Part shown: positions 1 to 11,699 of the stretch, one piece after another | Layout: every line of letters begins with the position of its first letter | Numbering within the stretch: the stretch's first letter is position 1 | Assembly (NCBI RefSeq): GCF_009834535.1 | Contig: NC_045697.1 | Coordinates: 436,001 to 500,000 of the forward strand | Reading direction: 5' to 3' | From: Camelus ferus | Lineage: Eukaryota | DNA length: 64,000 bases | Notes under the pieces: model-generated | Told to the model about the DNA's origin: nothing | Databases searched by the model: none | Seen by the model: the letters and a program-made list of their open reading frames with translations, nothing else | Position numbers and translations under genes: made by a program

Positions 1-1005
1 CCCCCAGACCCGGGTCCCAACGTGAAACCCAACTACCTGGAAACTCTAAGGCCACGCACGCGGCAGGGACAGCGGGCACTGAGGGCATCTCGCCCGGCCC
101 CACGAGGCCCCCGGCAGAGTGAGTACATGCAGGAGGAAGGCCACCTCAGACACTGGGGACAAGCCACAAGGGAGTGGGCAGGACTGAGGACGAGGGTCAG
201 GAACCCTCACCCATGTGTGGGAGGTGCTCAACCCACCGGCACAAGCCCCTAGTACCGTGAATGTGGGACCTGGTGACGGCACTCAGTGACGGGGGTGGGG
301 GGGGGAGGACGAAAGGAAAAGGCCCTAGACTGCAGGGGTGGATGGTGGGCAGTGGGACAGGGAGATGAAGACGCAGGCCTGCCCAGGTGAGGAGCCAAGG
401 CTAGAAGCACAGCACCCACGGTGGGGGAGGGGGCGGGCGGGGGGGGGGCCTGTGGCAGGAGCTCCAGCACAGGAAGTCAGCCCACCCAGGTGTAATGGCG
501 GGAGGGTGGCACCAACAGGCCATAGACAGACCTGCACAGAAACCTACACAAGAGGAAGTTACCATAACCCCAGCTCCAACAAGAAGGAAGATGAATCCAA
601 GGAGGGAGATGCAAGCAGCCACTCAGGAAAGCGAACAGAAGAGCTGAGGGCTGAGAACCCCAAATGTGAACATTTCCACGACAACCTGGCCTGGCTGTCT
701 GGTGAGGGGGGGCGGGAGGTGGGAACAGGGCTTGAGCCGCAGAGCCTGGTGCCTGGGGGGTGGTGGGCAGAGACATCAGGGGAAGGGGCACCCACCAGCC
801 ACTCTGGCGATTTCCAAACCGGGTGCTGGGATTCCTGCTCACAGGGAGGACTTGGGCTCTGAGGGTGGCGTGCATCGAGCCGTCAGGTAGGGCCCATGTG
901 GTCCCCACGAACCCAAACCTGGACTTCACTGCAGGAGGCCCCCCACTGGGCTCTGACGCCCTCCAGTGCATGTGGACAGAGGTCAAGTGGCATCACCCCA
1001 CTTAC

Positions 1006-1069
1006 CCATGCGTCCGTCTCGAGGTGGACTGATCACGGAGATCCTTGCGGGGCCGGCCGTGGCCTCGGG
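1006..1069 (-). CDS. RNF212: RNF212 coding exon 9 (gene continues; last exon not identified in window)
   Basis: gccgtag|CCCGAG...GCATGG|GTAAGT. 64 bp, PEATAGPARISVISPPRDGRM(G), resembling human SEIAAGPARISMISPPQDGRMG. Exons 1-9 total 586 nt with no stop. Confidence 0.9.
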
Positions 1070-3342
1070 CTACGGCGTGAAAAAGAGAACAGCGTCCCAG
1101 AGCTGTCACTTGTGTGCAAAGTCCCCTCGTCTTCCTGGACACAGCTCGAGTCCCGCCTGCCTGGGAGCCGCTGTCTGGCCCGGACATGGCCGGGAGGGCA
1201 GGACTGCTTTGCTCCCCAGCCCGGAGGGCCCGTGTGGGGAGGGGAGAGGACTCCCCTGGGGCTTTGACGGATCCCAGAAGGAAAAAGCAGTGAGTTCTCG
1301 GCTGACACCAGGAGTTCTGAAACCCTCAGGTCGCCCTGACGCCACGGGGCACCGGGCTCGCTCCTCGCCAAGCCCTCAGCCCGGACCCTTCTCTCCCTGG
1401 GAGTTGGGCCGGGGGGGCCGGGGGGCACAGCTACTGACTGCCTATTCCCACAGCCCATCCTGGCCCGCTCCTGTGGCCCCAGGTGGGCCACTGCCCCACC
1501 CAACCTGTGCCCCTGCTCGGGTCTCAGGCCACCCTCCGAGTCTGTGCCCCCGCACAACGGTGCTGAGCCCCCTTGTCAAGGGGCCTCCCCCCAGCTCCCC
1601 GACTCCTGTTCCAGCACACCCTCTGCCCTGACCCCGGCCCTGCCCGCTGGCAAGACTCCACGCTCGAAGGGACCAGCTTCTTCAGGGCAGATGCCTTGCA
1701 AATGGACTGCAGCCCCCAGCAGGCCAGTGCCCACCCCCCAGATCCCCTCTCTGGAGATAACCAACCACCCCGCCTGCCCCTGGTGTGGCTCCATCGTGGC
1801 CCAGTGCGAGTGGAGCCCGATCTCACAGCCCCTCCAGCTGCTGGTCTGTTCCCCGCTGCTTTCAGAGCCTGCTCGGCACCTCCTGGGCCCCCAGTGCCCC
1901 TCAGCTTCGTGGTCCACCATGACCTCCACCCCTGCCCGTTCTGCCCAGCTGGCCACATGTCCAGTTCAGGCCAGCTCTGACCAGCCGATCCACGCTGAAA
2001 CTCCAACAGAGAAGAGTCATCATCACACAGTGAGGATGAAAATCACGTTGGATTAGAATCCAGCAAATTGTCTCTTCTTACCCAGGCTTCTGATAAGGAA
2101 GAGCTTTACTCCTTGGGTCAGTTCTCGCTCGAGTCCTCTTTTGGGGGGAGAAGCCAGGAACAGGCGAGACAGAAGGGATTTAAAGGTACACGTGCCCAAA
2201 GAGGTGGCTGCACACAGAAGTGGGCCCGTCTGGGGCAGGGCACTGGCGTGGCTGTGCAGGACCAGCAGATGAGACACTGTGGTGGCAGCCTCAGTCCACG
2301 AAGGCGTGACTCCTTCCCCTTCCGGCCTCTCTAGACGGTGGTGGAGTCCTGACTTGCTATTCAAATCATTTCACTGCATTCTGGTCCTATAGCTGCAATT
2401 TCCAGTGTGACACCCAGGCACATGCCCTCACTTAGCCAGTCAGTCTTCGACCTCTGAAATGAGGCCACGTGTGGCCTGAGGATCATGGTCCAGTTTCTGG
2501 GGGCCAAGGTGGGCAGGCAGGGACTCGTGAACTGGAAGGAGGGCTTCTTCAAGAGCTGCCACGGCCTGCAGTGGGGGGCAGACACCCAGCCCAGGGCAGG
2601 GAGGAGGCACACTCACAGACCCCTCCCGGCAGGACGTCTGGGAGCGTGGCCGACATGGTGGGATGGGAGGTGTGGGGAGGCGGCCAGCTGGGCTCAGCAT
2701 CCCCACCGTCTCGCCCTGGAATCCAGGCTCCTCCACAACCCGCTTTCAGACAGTTCCCTGGAAATAAGCAGTTTCTCACCAACCAGCCGACACGCTGGCA
2801 TCCACCTTACAGGGCTGCCAGGGCACCCGGTTCTCGTTTCTAAGGTGCTTACAGCAGTGGCAGGCTGGCTCCGGGCAGAGCTCAGTCCAGTGGCCAGCAG
2901 TGAGAGGAAGGCACTACGAGGCACTGGTGGCCACAAGGCCGCACCTTGAGCCCCTGTCCCCGTCCCCTCCGGCTGTCAGGTCCCAGCCTTGAGCTGAATG
3001 GGAGCTGGCTGGAGCTGGCGATGATGCTTCAGTCCTGGCCATGTTCCCTTGAGGACTTGTGAACTTGAGAGCCGCACCTCTCTGCCTGGGCTGACGGCAT
3101 CAGCCGGGTTCTGCTACCTCTCTCTGGCCACATGTGCAGACATGGCAGCCACTCTCCCCACGCCAGCTGGGCAGGGGCACACACGCTTGCCAGGACCCAG
3201 CCTGTGCCCCACGTCCCACGGCGCCCACCCCCTGGCCCAGTATGCAATGAAGACACCGTTCATGATGGTCATCAGGGCTGAGAAACCTGAAAACTCCAAG
3301 CAGGCAGGGGACAAGTACACAGAGGCGGGCAGGTGTACTTAC

Positions 3343-3388
3343 TTTTCTCCTTGGGGAGGGGGTGAGGTCGACTTCCATGGACTCCACC
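3343..3388 (-). CDS. RNF212: RNF212 coding exon 8
   Basis: ctctagcag|GGTGGA...AGAAAA|GTAAGT. 46 bp, (R)VESMEVDLTPSPRRK. Confidence 0.92.
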
Positions 3389-4309
3389 CTGCTAGAGAGT
3401 GAGAGGTCGTTAGGGGCCTGGGGCTGGCGACCAGGACGCGATGCAGAGGCACACACCAGCCTGTAGGCCGCTCTCCTTCCTCTTCGCTATTGGCTCAGTG
3501 TCACAGTGCCACCTACATGGGGCCTGAGGTCTGAGAGACAGGCCGCACACCCTCCCACAGAGCATGGAGCCCTCCTCCTCCGGCCCCGGCCTCCCCTCCT
3601 TGCCACCACTCCTCCAGGAAGGCCCCTCCTCTGGCCACCAGCACCTGCTCCTGCCAGACCTCCCAGGAGCAGGAGTATCGCCTCCCACCCACACCTACTG
3701 CGCGGCCCCCACATTCACACAGGCTTGATCAACGTTAGTTCCTTAAAAGAGTCAGGCCAGGGGCTGACAGGACACACGGCTGGACACCAGCAAGAGAGAG
3801 GTGGGCGGGGAGAGGACCTCGTCCAGTTCCTTCCTGAGCTTGCTGACACAGGGCTGCTGGAAAGAGCTGGGGGGTGGAGGCAAGCCAGCAGGGTCTCCGC
3901 AACCCCCACACCTCCTGCACTCCAAGTGGACTTAGCTCCAATCTTCCAAGAGAAAGACCCAGCCAGGGTGGGCCAGGTCCTCCACGGTGCCACTAGCCCA
4001 GCCCACCACTCTCGACCTGCCTCCTCAGAGTTGGATTCACTTCTAACCACCTCCTCCCCTAGCTGGCCCAGCCAGGGTCACACAACCGCCCTCAACCTCT
4101 CACACGGCCAGGACCAGTGCTGTGACTGGCTGGCCTGGGCCGCACACCTGACTGTGGGACCTGTGGCTGAGCAGAGGGAGGGGAACGTGGCTGAGCCCTA
4201 CGCCAAATACTGCTAAGCACCTGGGGCTAGAGGGCGGAGGGCTGGGGATGTAGGGGGCCACAGGGAGGACTGGGCCGCTGACAGATGTGGTCCAGGACGC
4301 CCCACACAC

Positions 4310-4370
4310 CTCTGAGAGGCCGAGGAGTCAGGTGGCAGGAACAGAGGCCCGCTGGGCTTTGCAGTGGGAG
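4310..4370 (-). CDS. RNF212: RNF212 coding exon 7
   Basis: ctcacag|CTCCCA...TCAGAG|GTGTGT. 61 bp, (T)PTAKPSGPLFLPPDSSASQ(R). Keeps frame between exons 6 and 8; the acceptor choice is inferred. Confidence 0.78.
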
Positions 4371-4454
4371 CTGTGAGGAGAACCCAGTGTTGGCGACCTG
4401 GTGCCACTCGGCACCGGCCTCTCCACCCTCGCTTCTGGACGTCACTTTACTTAC

Positions 4455-4507
4455 TCGAAACCGGAGTTTTTATTGTGCCAAAAGCTGTTTGTTGGGCCAA
4501 TCTCATG
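4455..4507 (-). CDS. RNF212: RNF212 coding exon 6
   Basis: tgtctag|CATGAG...TTTCGA|GTAAGT. 53 bp, (S)MRLAQQTAFGTIKTPVS, resembling human MRSSQQTAFSTIKSSVS. Confidence 0.9.
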
Positions 4508-5399
4508 CTAGACAGACAAAGAAAAGGCATTAATTAAGCCACACACGTCTACCACCAGTAAGCAGTTCCTCCTGATCTGAAATAAAGACTGCAACAGCCA
4601 ACGCTCTTACTGGTGCTGCCCTTGCCCCTGCCCCATTTACCTATACACACATGGCGCCACCCCTCGGGGCCCCTGAGGACAAGCGCTGGGCCTGGCGGCT
4701 CCCCTGGCCTACGACAGCGCTGACACCACAGCTGGTGCTCAGTGAAGCCTGGGGGGAGGGCGGTGCCTGGCTCCCAAAGGGTACTCGCTCTGCTTCCAAA
4801 CCTCTTGGGGGACAAACCCTGTGCCACACTGGGCACGTAGGGAGGGTGAGTGTCTGACTGACCCACACTGAGCGGTAACAAAGCCACACCATGCGGTGCT
4901 GGGGTGGGGCAGAAACAGCAGGTGTGGCTCGGGGCAAGCGGAGGCGCGGGTCCTCCCTGGAGGAAGACACAGGCCACATGGAGCACAGGGCGGGCCCAGC
5001 ACAGAAAGGCTCATCTGGAGCCTGAGGGACCTGGGCAGGAAAGAACCTGCCTGTGAGACTCCGTAGGAAAGGCGGAGACGCAGGCCTGGACAGCAAGAAC
5101 TGCAGGGGCAAAAGGAAGACACGGTTGCAGCTCGGAGTCCCACGAACGAGCCACGTCTCCTGCTCTGGAAGCTGGTGCTGGGGTCAGGCAGCGTTCCGGA
5201 ACAAGGTAAGCTGCGTCATCTTTAAAGTCTGGGCAGTCACGCTTATCCCAGGGCTTTCACATGCAGCCCAAAGGTGAGTCCCAGGGAGCAGAAGCATTCC
5301 CCACAGCAGTCGGGGAGGAGAGAACGTGGAGACAGCGCCCACCAGGGCAGGTCGACATGGCCTGCAAAGGGGCCGACACCTGCTGGAGCGCTCGGGGTC

Positions 5400-6532
5400 T
5401 ATTCCAGGGGTGTTCCTCCTGAGAGAGAAGGGCCAAATTCCTAGCATCCCCTAACCCAGGACGCCCCTGAGGAAGAGAAGCTGAACCAGCACAGAGGCCG
5501 TAAAGCAAAGCAAAGAGTTGGGGACTCACCCACGGGCGGCTCAGCCGGTCTGGAGGCAAGAAAGCACAGAGGGGCCCCAGGGGGTTGGGCCAGAGCTGGA
5601 GGAAGGGGGAGTAAGAACCGGGCTGAGATGAAGTGGGTTCAGGCACAGTGCACTGCTTGCGGGGAGGACTTCCCAGCACTTTCCCCGCCGGACCGGCCTC
5701 TCCCTTTTACACATTTGGGCGTGACCAGGAGACAGGGCCCTGATGTCTCCAGGCACCGGCTGATCAGTCCTTCTGTGTACCTTCCCCGATGCGGGGACCC
5801 TGGAGCGGGATACGCAGTAGCCAGGAGTAGAGAGCAGAGGTATTCAGAGAAGGCAGGCACTTCCCAGGTACGTTCACCCCGGAGAGCCAGGGTCACTCCT
5901 GTCCATCAGACCGAGTTCCAGAGCCCGCTGAGAGTGGCCCGGCCCCGGCAAGATGCAGGGGAAGTCCTGAACACCAGGGAAGGCAGAGGGAGAAGGAGGA
6001 AGCCTGCCACAGAGATCTGGCCACCTGAACGGAGCTTCCCATCAAGCCAGGGGGAGACCCCCATAGGGAGGGCTGAGAGGAGAGAAAGGGAGATGTGCCC
6101 GCAGGGCTCCCCTACTCTGGGGCCCCCGTACGGGGCACCAAATATTGGGGAACAAGGAGAACTGGTATCACGGATGGTAAAAGGTTTTACCAAAGATAGA
6201 GAATGAAAATAGAAAAGGACTTTATTAGGGCTTACTGCCACAGGCAACAGTGGGCCACAGAGAGGTGCCCCTTTGAGCCCTGAGGGCTGGGTGTCGGGTC
6301 TTGTGTCAGGCCAGGTCACAAGGTGGCTGACCGGCTTGTGCACATGGCTCTGGTTGGCTGCAGCTGAGTTGAGAGGTTCAGGGTCTGTGAAGGGTGGTGG
6401 GACTTGACTCTGACGAGGTGGACATTCCCTGGGGCTGTTAATTTGTCAGGGGATCACAGGCAGGCGTCTGAGAGCCCAGAAATGGGGGTCGCTGGACCCT
6501 GAAGGACCCAGTGGGTTCCAAAGAAACCATCA
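5400..6532 (-). mobile_element. ERV-like relic: LTR (~6143-6532), PBS and 5' leader in RNF212 intron 5
   Basis: Minus strand reads TG-start (6532), AATAAA (6221-6226), ...CCCCAATA, then TTTGGTGCCCCGT, a PBS-like TGG motif at 6123-6140. A GG|GTGAGT donor at about 5529 lies in the putative leader. Left boundary uncertain. Confidence 0.6.
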
Positions 6533-7699
6533 GGGATGTGCTGGAAATGCGATACAGAGCAGACAAACTGACAAACGGGCCAGGGCAGGACGCACCACTG
6601 TAGCTGTGGGACAGAGTGCAGACGCCATGAGGCACCGAGGCCCAAAGGGGCAGGTCCACCAGGGGTAGACACCAGGTACAGACAAAACCACAGCAGGAGA
6701 CTGGAGAAGGGTAAAGCTAGGAAAAGCAGTGGCTGGGGTTTTCCATAATCAAGAAGGACATGATTCCATAGAAAGAAAGCAAACTGCACAGACCCCGGAA
6801 GGACAGACCCACGTGGCCGGCTGGGAGCTCACGGTACGCGCTGTCCCCCGACGGTGTCCAGCCTCACCCAGCACACACGGCCTGGCCGCCCCGGCTTCCA
6901 CAACCCTCCAATGAAGCGGCAGCCTCTCTGACTGGGGCGAAGGGGCCACAGCCCGGCCTCTGCCCAATGGCCCCGAACACACCTCTGTGGGTAGCACCCG
7001 CCATCACCCCAACCCTGATAGCTGGCAGAGGCCCTTCCTCCCCACACGGCCCAGTGAGCGGCCCAGCTCCGACCAGCTCTGTCTCCAGCCTGAGGCCCTT
7101 GGTGGCCGTGCTGTGCTCAGTGCAGATGTGACAGGGAGGTGAGCATCCAGGCACCGGGGCGGGGAGGGGGTGTCGTGTCACTGCCGGGGAGACAGCAGCC
7201 CTGCAGGGCTCCGGACGCTGCAGCCTGCCGGGTAACACACTGCCCGCCCGCCGACCTGTTGGTATTCACCACGTCAAAACATACTGGCGGAGCACAGCCT
7301 GTCTCCTAGGCGGTGCGGCACTGAGCCCCTGGGGCCGAGCACTGTCGCACTCCCCTCGTCCGTCCGTGCAGCAGGGCTGCAGGTGGGACCGGGCCTGGTG
7401 GCAGGGCCCCCCCCCCCGCTGCAGGAGGGTGGCACCCACTCTCTTCCCGGAACCCCCTATCACCCCAGGAATCACAGGGTGCCCTGGAGGACCCATTCAT
7501 AATTTCAAATTTTTCCTTTCAGTCTCTTTCCTCCCCTCCAGCTTCCTGCTGCATTTGTGGGATAACAGAGTTTCTCGTAAACAGAGGTGCTCTTTCTCTC
7601 GCTCCCTGGGTCACGACCAAGACCTGAGACGGACGTGGATGGACAGACAACCAGTCGGGGTGGCAGGCACCCCACCCGCCACGTGCACCGAGAACTGAC

Positions 7700-7758
7700 C
7701 TTTGCAGCTGCTCTAGCTGCAGCGCCGACTTCCTGAGGGACTCCTCCAAGCTGGAAAT
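7700..7758 (-). CDS. RNF212: RNF212 coding exon 5 (coiled-coil)
   Basis: tgtctag|ATTTCC...CAAAG|GTCAGT. 59 bp, ISSLEESLRKSALQLEQLQ(S). Confidence 0.92.
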
Positions 7759-8304
7759 CTAGACACAATGGAACAACTTCCGGTCACTGCAGAGCCTGCG
7801 CCCAGCAGCAGTGGAAAGAACAAGCGGACCCTCAACCCCCTAACCCAGGAGTAGCTGACGTGGGGGTCTCTTCTGCGCTATTCCTGAGGGAGTCTGCACC
7901 TGGTGCCCAGAAAGCCAGGGCCAGGAGCCCATCGGGGCAGCAGGGAGCCCCGGCAGGAGGCTCTAATCCGGGGCACAGCTGGAACTCCAGGTTAATGCCA
8001 TTTCCACGGGAGCTACACGTGCCCTCTGTCGGGTTTAGACATCAAGTGAGGAGAACACTTCCAGGGCAAGCGGTGGGCACTGAGCTTCCTTTCACTTCAC
8101 GGTCACGCTTGCGAAAAAGCACCAAATGAATCCGGGGTCATGACAGGTCTGTCCCGACATCCCACGGTGACACCGAGCCTATGGCTGGGTCCCCGGGCGG
8201 CCGCAAGGCCGAACTCCACAGGGATGATGCCCCAGGTGGAGGGCCAGCAGGACAGGTGCCAGCCCGCTGCCCACAGCGTCCCGAGGCAGGTCAACTGGAC
8301 TTAC

Positions 8305-8361
8305 CTTTTCTCCATAGAAGGCCAGCAGTCTCCTCCTGTGCTTTTCCTGAAATTCTGAAAC
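8305..8361 (-). CDS. RNF212: RNF212 coding exon 4
   Basis: ttctcag|GTTTCA...GAAAAG|GTAAGT. 57 bp, VSEFQEKHRRRLLAFYGEK. Confidence 0.94.
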
Positions 8362-9821
8362 CTGAGAAGACAGCACGTCACTGCCGACACTGGCACGTGA
8401 TGGCAGCCACAGAGGTCAGGGGGCTTCTGTGCAAGCCACGGCACCTCTCCAGACACGTGCCCCAGCCCACCCCAGGGCAGGTGCCCAAGGGGCCCCGGGA
8501 GGTGCATGGCTACAGCTGGGCCCCCGCTCAAGTGCGGGTTGCATGGGGCTTCAGTGGTGCTCAGAGCCCCGGCCACAGGATGGGACATGACCCACACGGG
8601 CCAGTCACAGTGCACCGTCCCTTAGTCAGCAGGGACTGGTTCACGAGATGGCCTCCTGACTGGACAGTGCCAACTAGGACCTCTCTGACCTGCTACACAG
8701 ACTGGGGGTGCACTGGGCAGGAAGGGGCAGTTTAGGGGCTGTGAGATTCCGGGAGCCCAGCGACCTGCTCTGGACACCCAAGGCCAGCTGTGCCTGGAAC
8801 CGGCACCATTCCTGGTCCTCCGTTTGCATGCACCCCAAGCACCACGTCCGCAGTGCACAGAGTTGGGACTGGGTTCCTGAGGGTGCCAGCACGAGACAGA
8901 AAATAGATGCCTATGACTCACTCGCGAGGAGAAAGAGCCAAAGTGTTTGGACGACGGGCCCTGCCCTCTGGGAACACTGAACTGCAATCGCTCAAGCCCA
9001 ATTCCCACTGCTGTCTGCGCACAGTGGAGGGACGGCAGAGCTGGGCGATAGGCAAACTATGTCACTCCTCCCCAGGAACCTGCTAACACACGCACAAACG
9101 TTGAGGGATCTCGGCATTTTCCATGGGTCTTACTGGTCTGGCACAAACTGAGGGAGAAAACCCCTCTGTGGGAGGCTGGCCCAGCCCACAGCGGATCTTC
9201 AGAGCTCCTCTATGGTCTGGCTGCTTCCAGAAGGTGGGGCTGTGGTCAGGAGGGACAGGCTCCTCCTCAGGGCCTCCCAACCTCCTAGGCTCCTGCATCC
9301 TTCGAGGGACAGAGCTCTCGGGGTCAGGGGACACGGTATGGGAGGACACAGGCTCTGCCAGGAACATCGGCCTGTGGGGGGGTAACACAAGGGCCCCTAG
9401 GGCTGCCCCTGCAGAAGTCCCTACAACGCATGAGGCCGCATCCCAGGGGGCCCCGACCGCGTCGACGGTGCTCAGGTCCCCTGCACCCAGGCCAGAGCCT
9501 CAGCTGGCAGACACCCGGGGCCTCCCTTCGGGCCTGATGTGGCCCTCTTCCTCCCCCCACCTCACATCGTATAGGGTAGCGAGGCAGGGCTGTCTGGTTC
9601 TAGACACAAAGCCAGGAGGGGTTTGGACAGAGCTAAAGCCAGCGTCCCCAGTCACCTGCAGAAGGCAAGGTGACAAATGGCTCTGTCCCAGTGGAGCTGG
9701 CACAGGAGGCAGAGACCCTCGCCAACGACATGACCACAGGTCCGAGAGTAGCCTGGTCTCCTCTGAGACCATTTCCTGGTGTCAGCGCAAACCAAGTCTC
9801 CAAGGAAGCATCACGACTCAC

Positions 9822-9896
9822 CTGGGAGGTCTCCATGGAGTACTTCCTACACAGGCCGTCGATGCCCAGAAAGAGCGCCCGGATGTCGGAGTCTGT
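9822..9896 (-). CDS. RNF212: RNF212 coding exon 3
   Basis: ctctctcag|ACAGAC...TCCCAG|GTGAGT. 75 bp, TDSDIRALFLGIDGLCRKYSMETSQ. Confidence 0.94.
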
Positions 9897-11621
9897 CTGA
9901 GAGAGAAAGGCTGCTTCTACCTTCCCTACCCTGAGGGCCACGAGGTCCAGGGGCCACGGGGTAGAGGGCAGGCCAGCAGGCTGCCAGGGAGGGGCCCGGC
10001 AGCTGGTAAGCCCTCTGGCCACCCGTCCCATCTCTGCGTGAGACACGCCCTGGCCTGGAAGGGCTCTAGCAGCAAAGGGTGGGGCTGAGCAGAAGGAACA
10101 GTGAAATCAGAGGAGGGAAGAGCAGTGAGCATGACTGATAACTGCTCACAAAGCAGATGGGAAAGGAGAGTTTAAGAAACAGCGCCTGCCCACGGGGACT
10201 CCTCGTGAAGAAGTGCCTGCCCCACCCCAGGCCCTCTGCCCCGTGGCCACTTCAACACAGAAGCCCGGCCGATAGCTGTCCCAGGGCACATGGAACACAG
10301 AAGTGCCTGGGCCAGGACACACCAGACCGAGAGGACCAGGGGCCTCGGGCCCTCCCCGGTCTGGAACAAGTTTGAGGATGGCTGTCTGGGTCCAGCCATG
10401 GACTGACTTACGCTCCTGTCTCTCCTGGAATGACAGGAAAACTACATTTAGGGGAAAACCATATCAGCGCTGAAAACTAGGAAGTGCGTCTGGAAAGGCC
10501 AGGGCCCCGAGGGGCTTCTGGAGGACCCTGCAGAGGGGCTGGCGCAGGTGCAGTGGCTCTAGGATCCATGGTCCAGCCCTGGAGGTGGGGCCAAGAGCAG
10601 CCGAGGCACACGTGAGCCAAGACCCCGGACACCACCCTATGCTTCTAGCCCCCACCTTTTGAGGGAAGCAAGACAGAAATGTGAGCAGTACCAGCTGGGC
10701 CCTGGGGAGCACAGACCAGACTGTGACAGAAAACCTGGCCCAACTCGGAGCCCCCCCAGAGAGGAAGGGAAGCTAGGGTGCTGTCGCTGACCCATCAGGG
10801 CCCAGGGCCTTCCTGGGGGAGAATCCACACGGAGACCCTGAAAGGGACAAACGGAGTGGCCGCCTTCCACAGCACGGAGACCCCGACAGAAAGCCCTGCT
10901 TTCCCACTTCTAGGGATCTACGCTCTAGAAACGTTCTCCCGAGCGCGCAGAACTGTGGTAAAAGCGTGCACTGCACGGCTGTCTCACGCAGCACAACACT
11001 GAAAACCCACAGGTTTTCCCGTAGGAGAACAGCGTGAGATGACGCAGTCGTTTGCAGAGAACTTGAAAGCTCCACTGGGACAAAGGGCACTGGTGCGCCC
11101 AGGGCAGGGTCCGCAGTCCTGGCTGCGGTCATCCTCGGGAGCAGGGTTTGGCCGACTTTCACATTCTCTGTTACAGTTTTCTACTATGTTTGAGTTTTGT
11201 GTGATTTTGCATTGTATTTGTAATTAGAAAAAGCCCAATTTTTAGATTGAACATCAGACCAAATACACATCTTAGAACCTAAGTGTGAAAGAATCAACTT
11301 TACCAACTTTCTCGGACTCTCTTAACCAGAAATGACCCCAAGAGAACCAGACCCACCACCTCTCAAGGAGCCTGTGTCTTCCAGAGGAGATCTGTTTCCA
11401 GGAACGCGCGGCTCCAACTGGCCATCTCTGGTTTCAGGGAAAGCTGTGTGGGGTGTTCAGAACCAAGCCTACTGTACTTTCTTCTGAAAGCCTGTACAAT
11501 CTCCTAGTTCACCCGGCAAAATGAACAAAAACTTTAAACACCACAAATCACTAAACGCTGAGCGCCACGTTTAAAAGCAAACACTGGGATTAATATTCAG
11601 ATACTACAGATTTCAACTTAC

Positions 11622-11683
11622 ATGTTTTGAAAGCAGAATCGTACGACATGGAACTTTACAAATTAAGCATTCGTCCCTTTTAC
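11622..11683 (-). CDS. RNF212: RNF212 coding exon 2 (completes RING)
   Basis: tttatag|GTAAAAGG...AAACAT|GTAAGT. 62 bp, (G)KRDECLICKVPCRTILLSKH, phase consistent with exon 1. Confidence 0.95.
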
Positions 11684-11699
11684 CTATAAAAGAAAAGCA

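Noticed and set aside
1..1005. RNF212 terminal exon
   Set aside because: No segment could be confidently matched with an acceptor, a homologous frame and a poly(A) signal. It probably lies outside the window.
9123..10088. 321-aa plus-strand ORF antisense to RNF212 exon 3
   Set aside because: No recognisable domain, promoter or poly(A) context. A chance ORF in a GC-rich intron.
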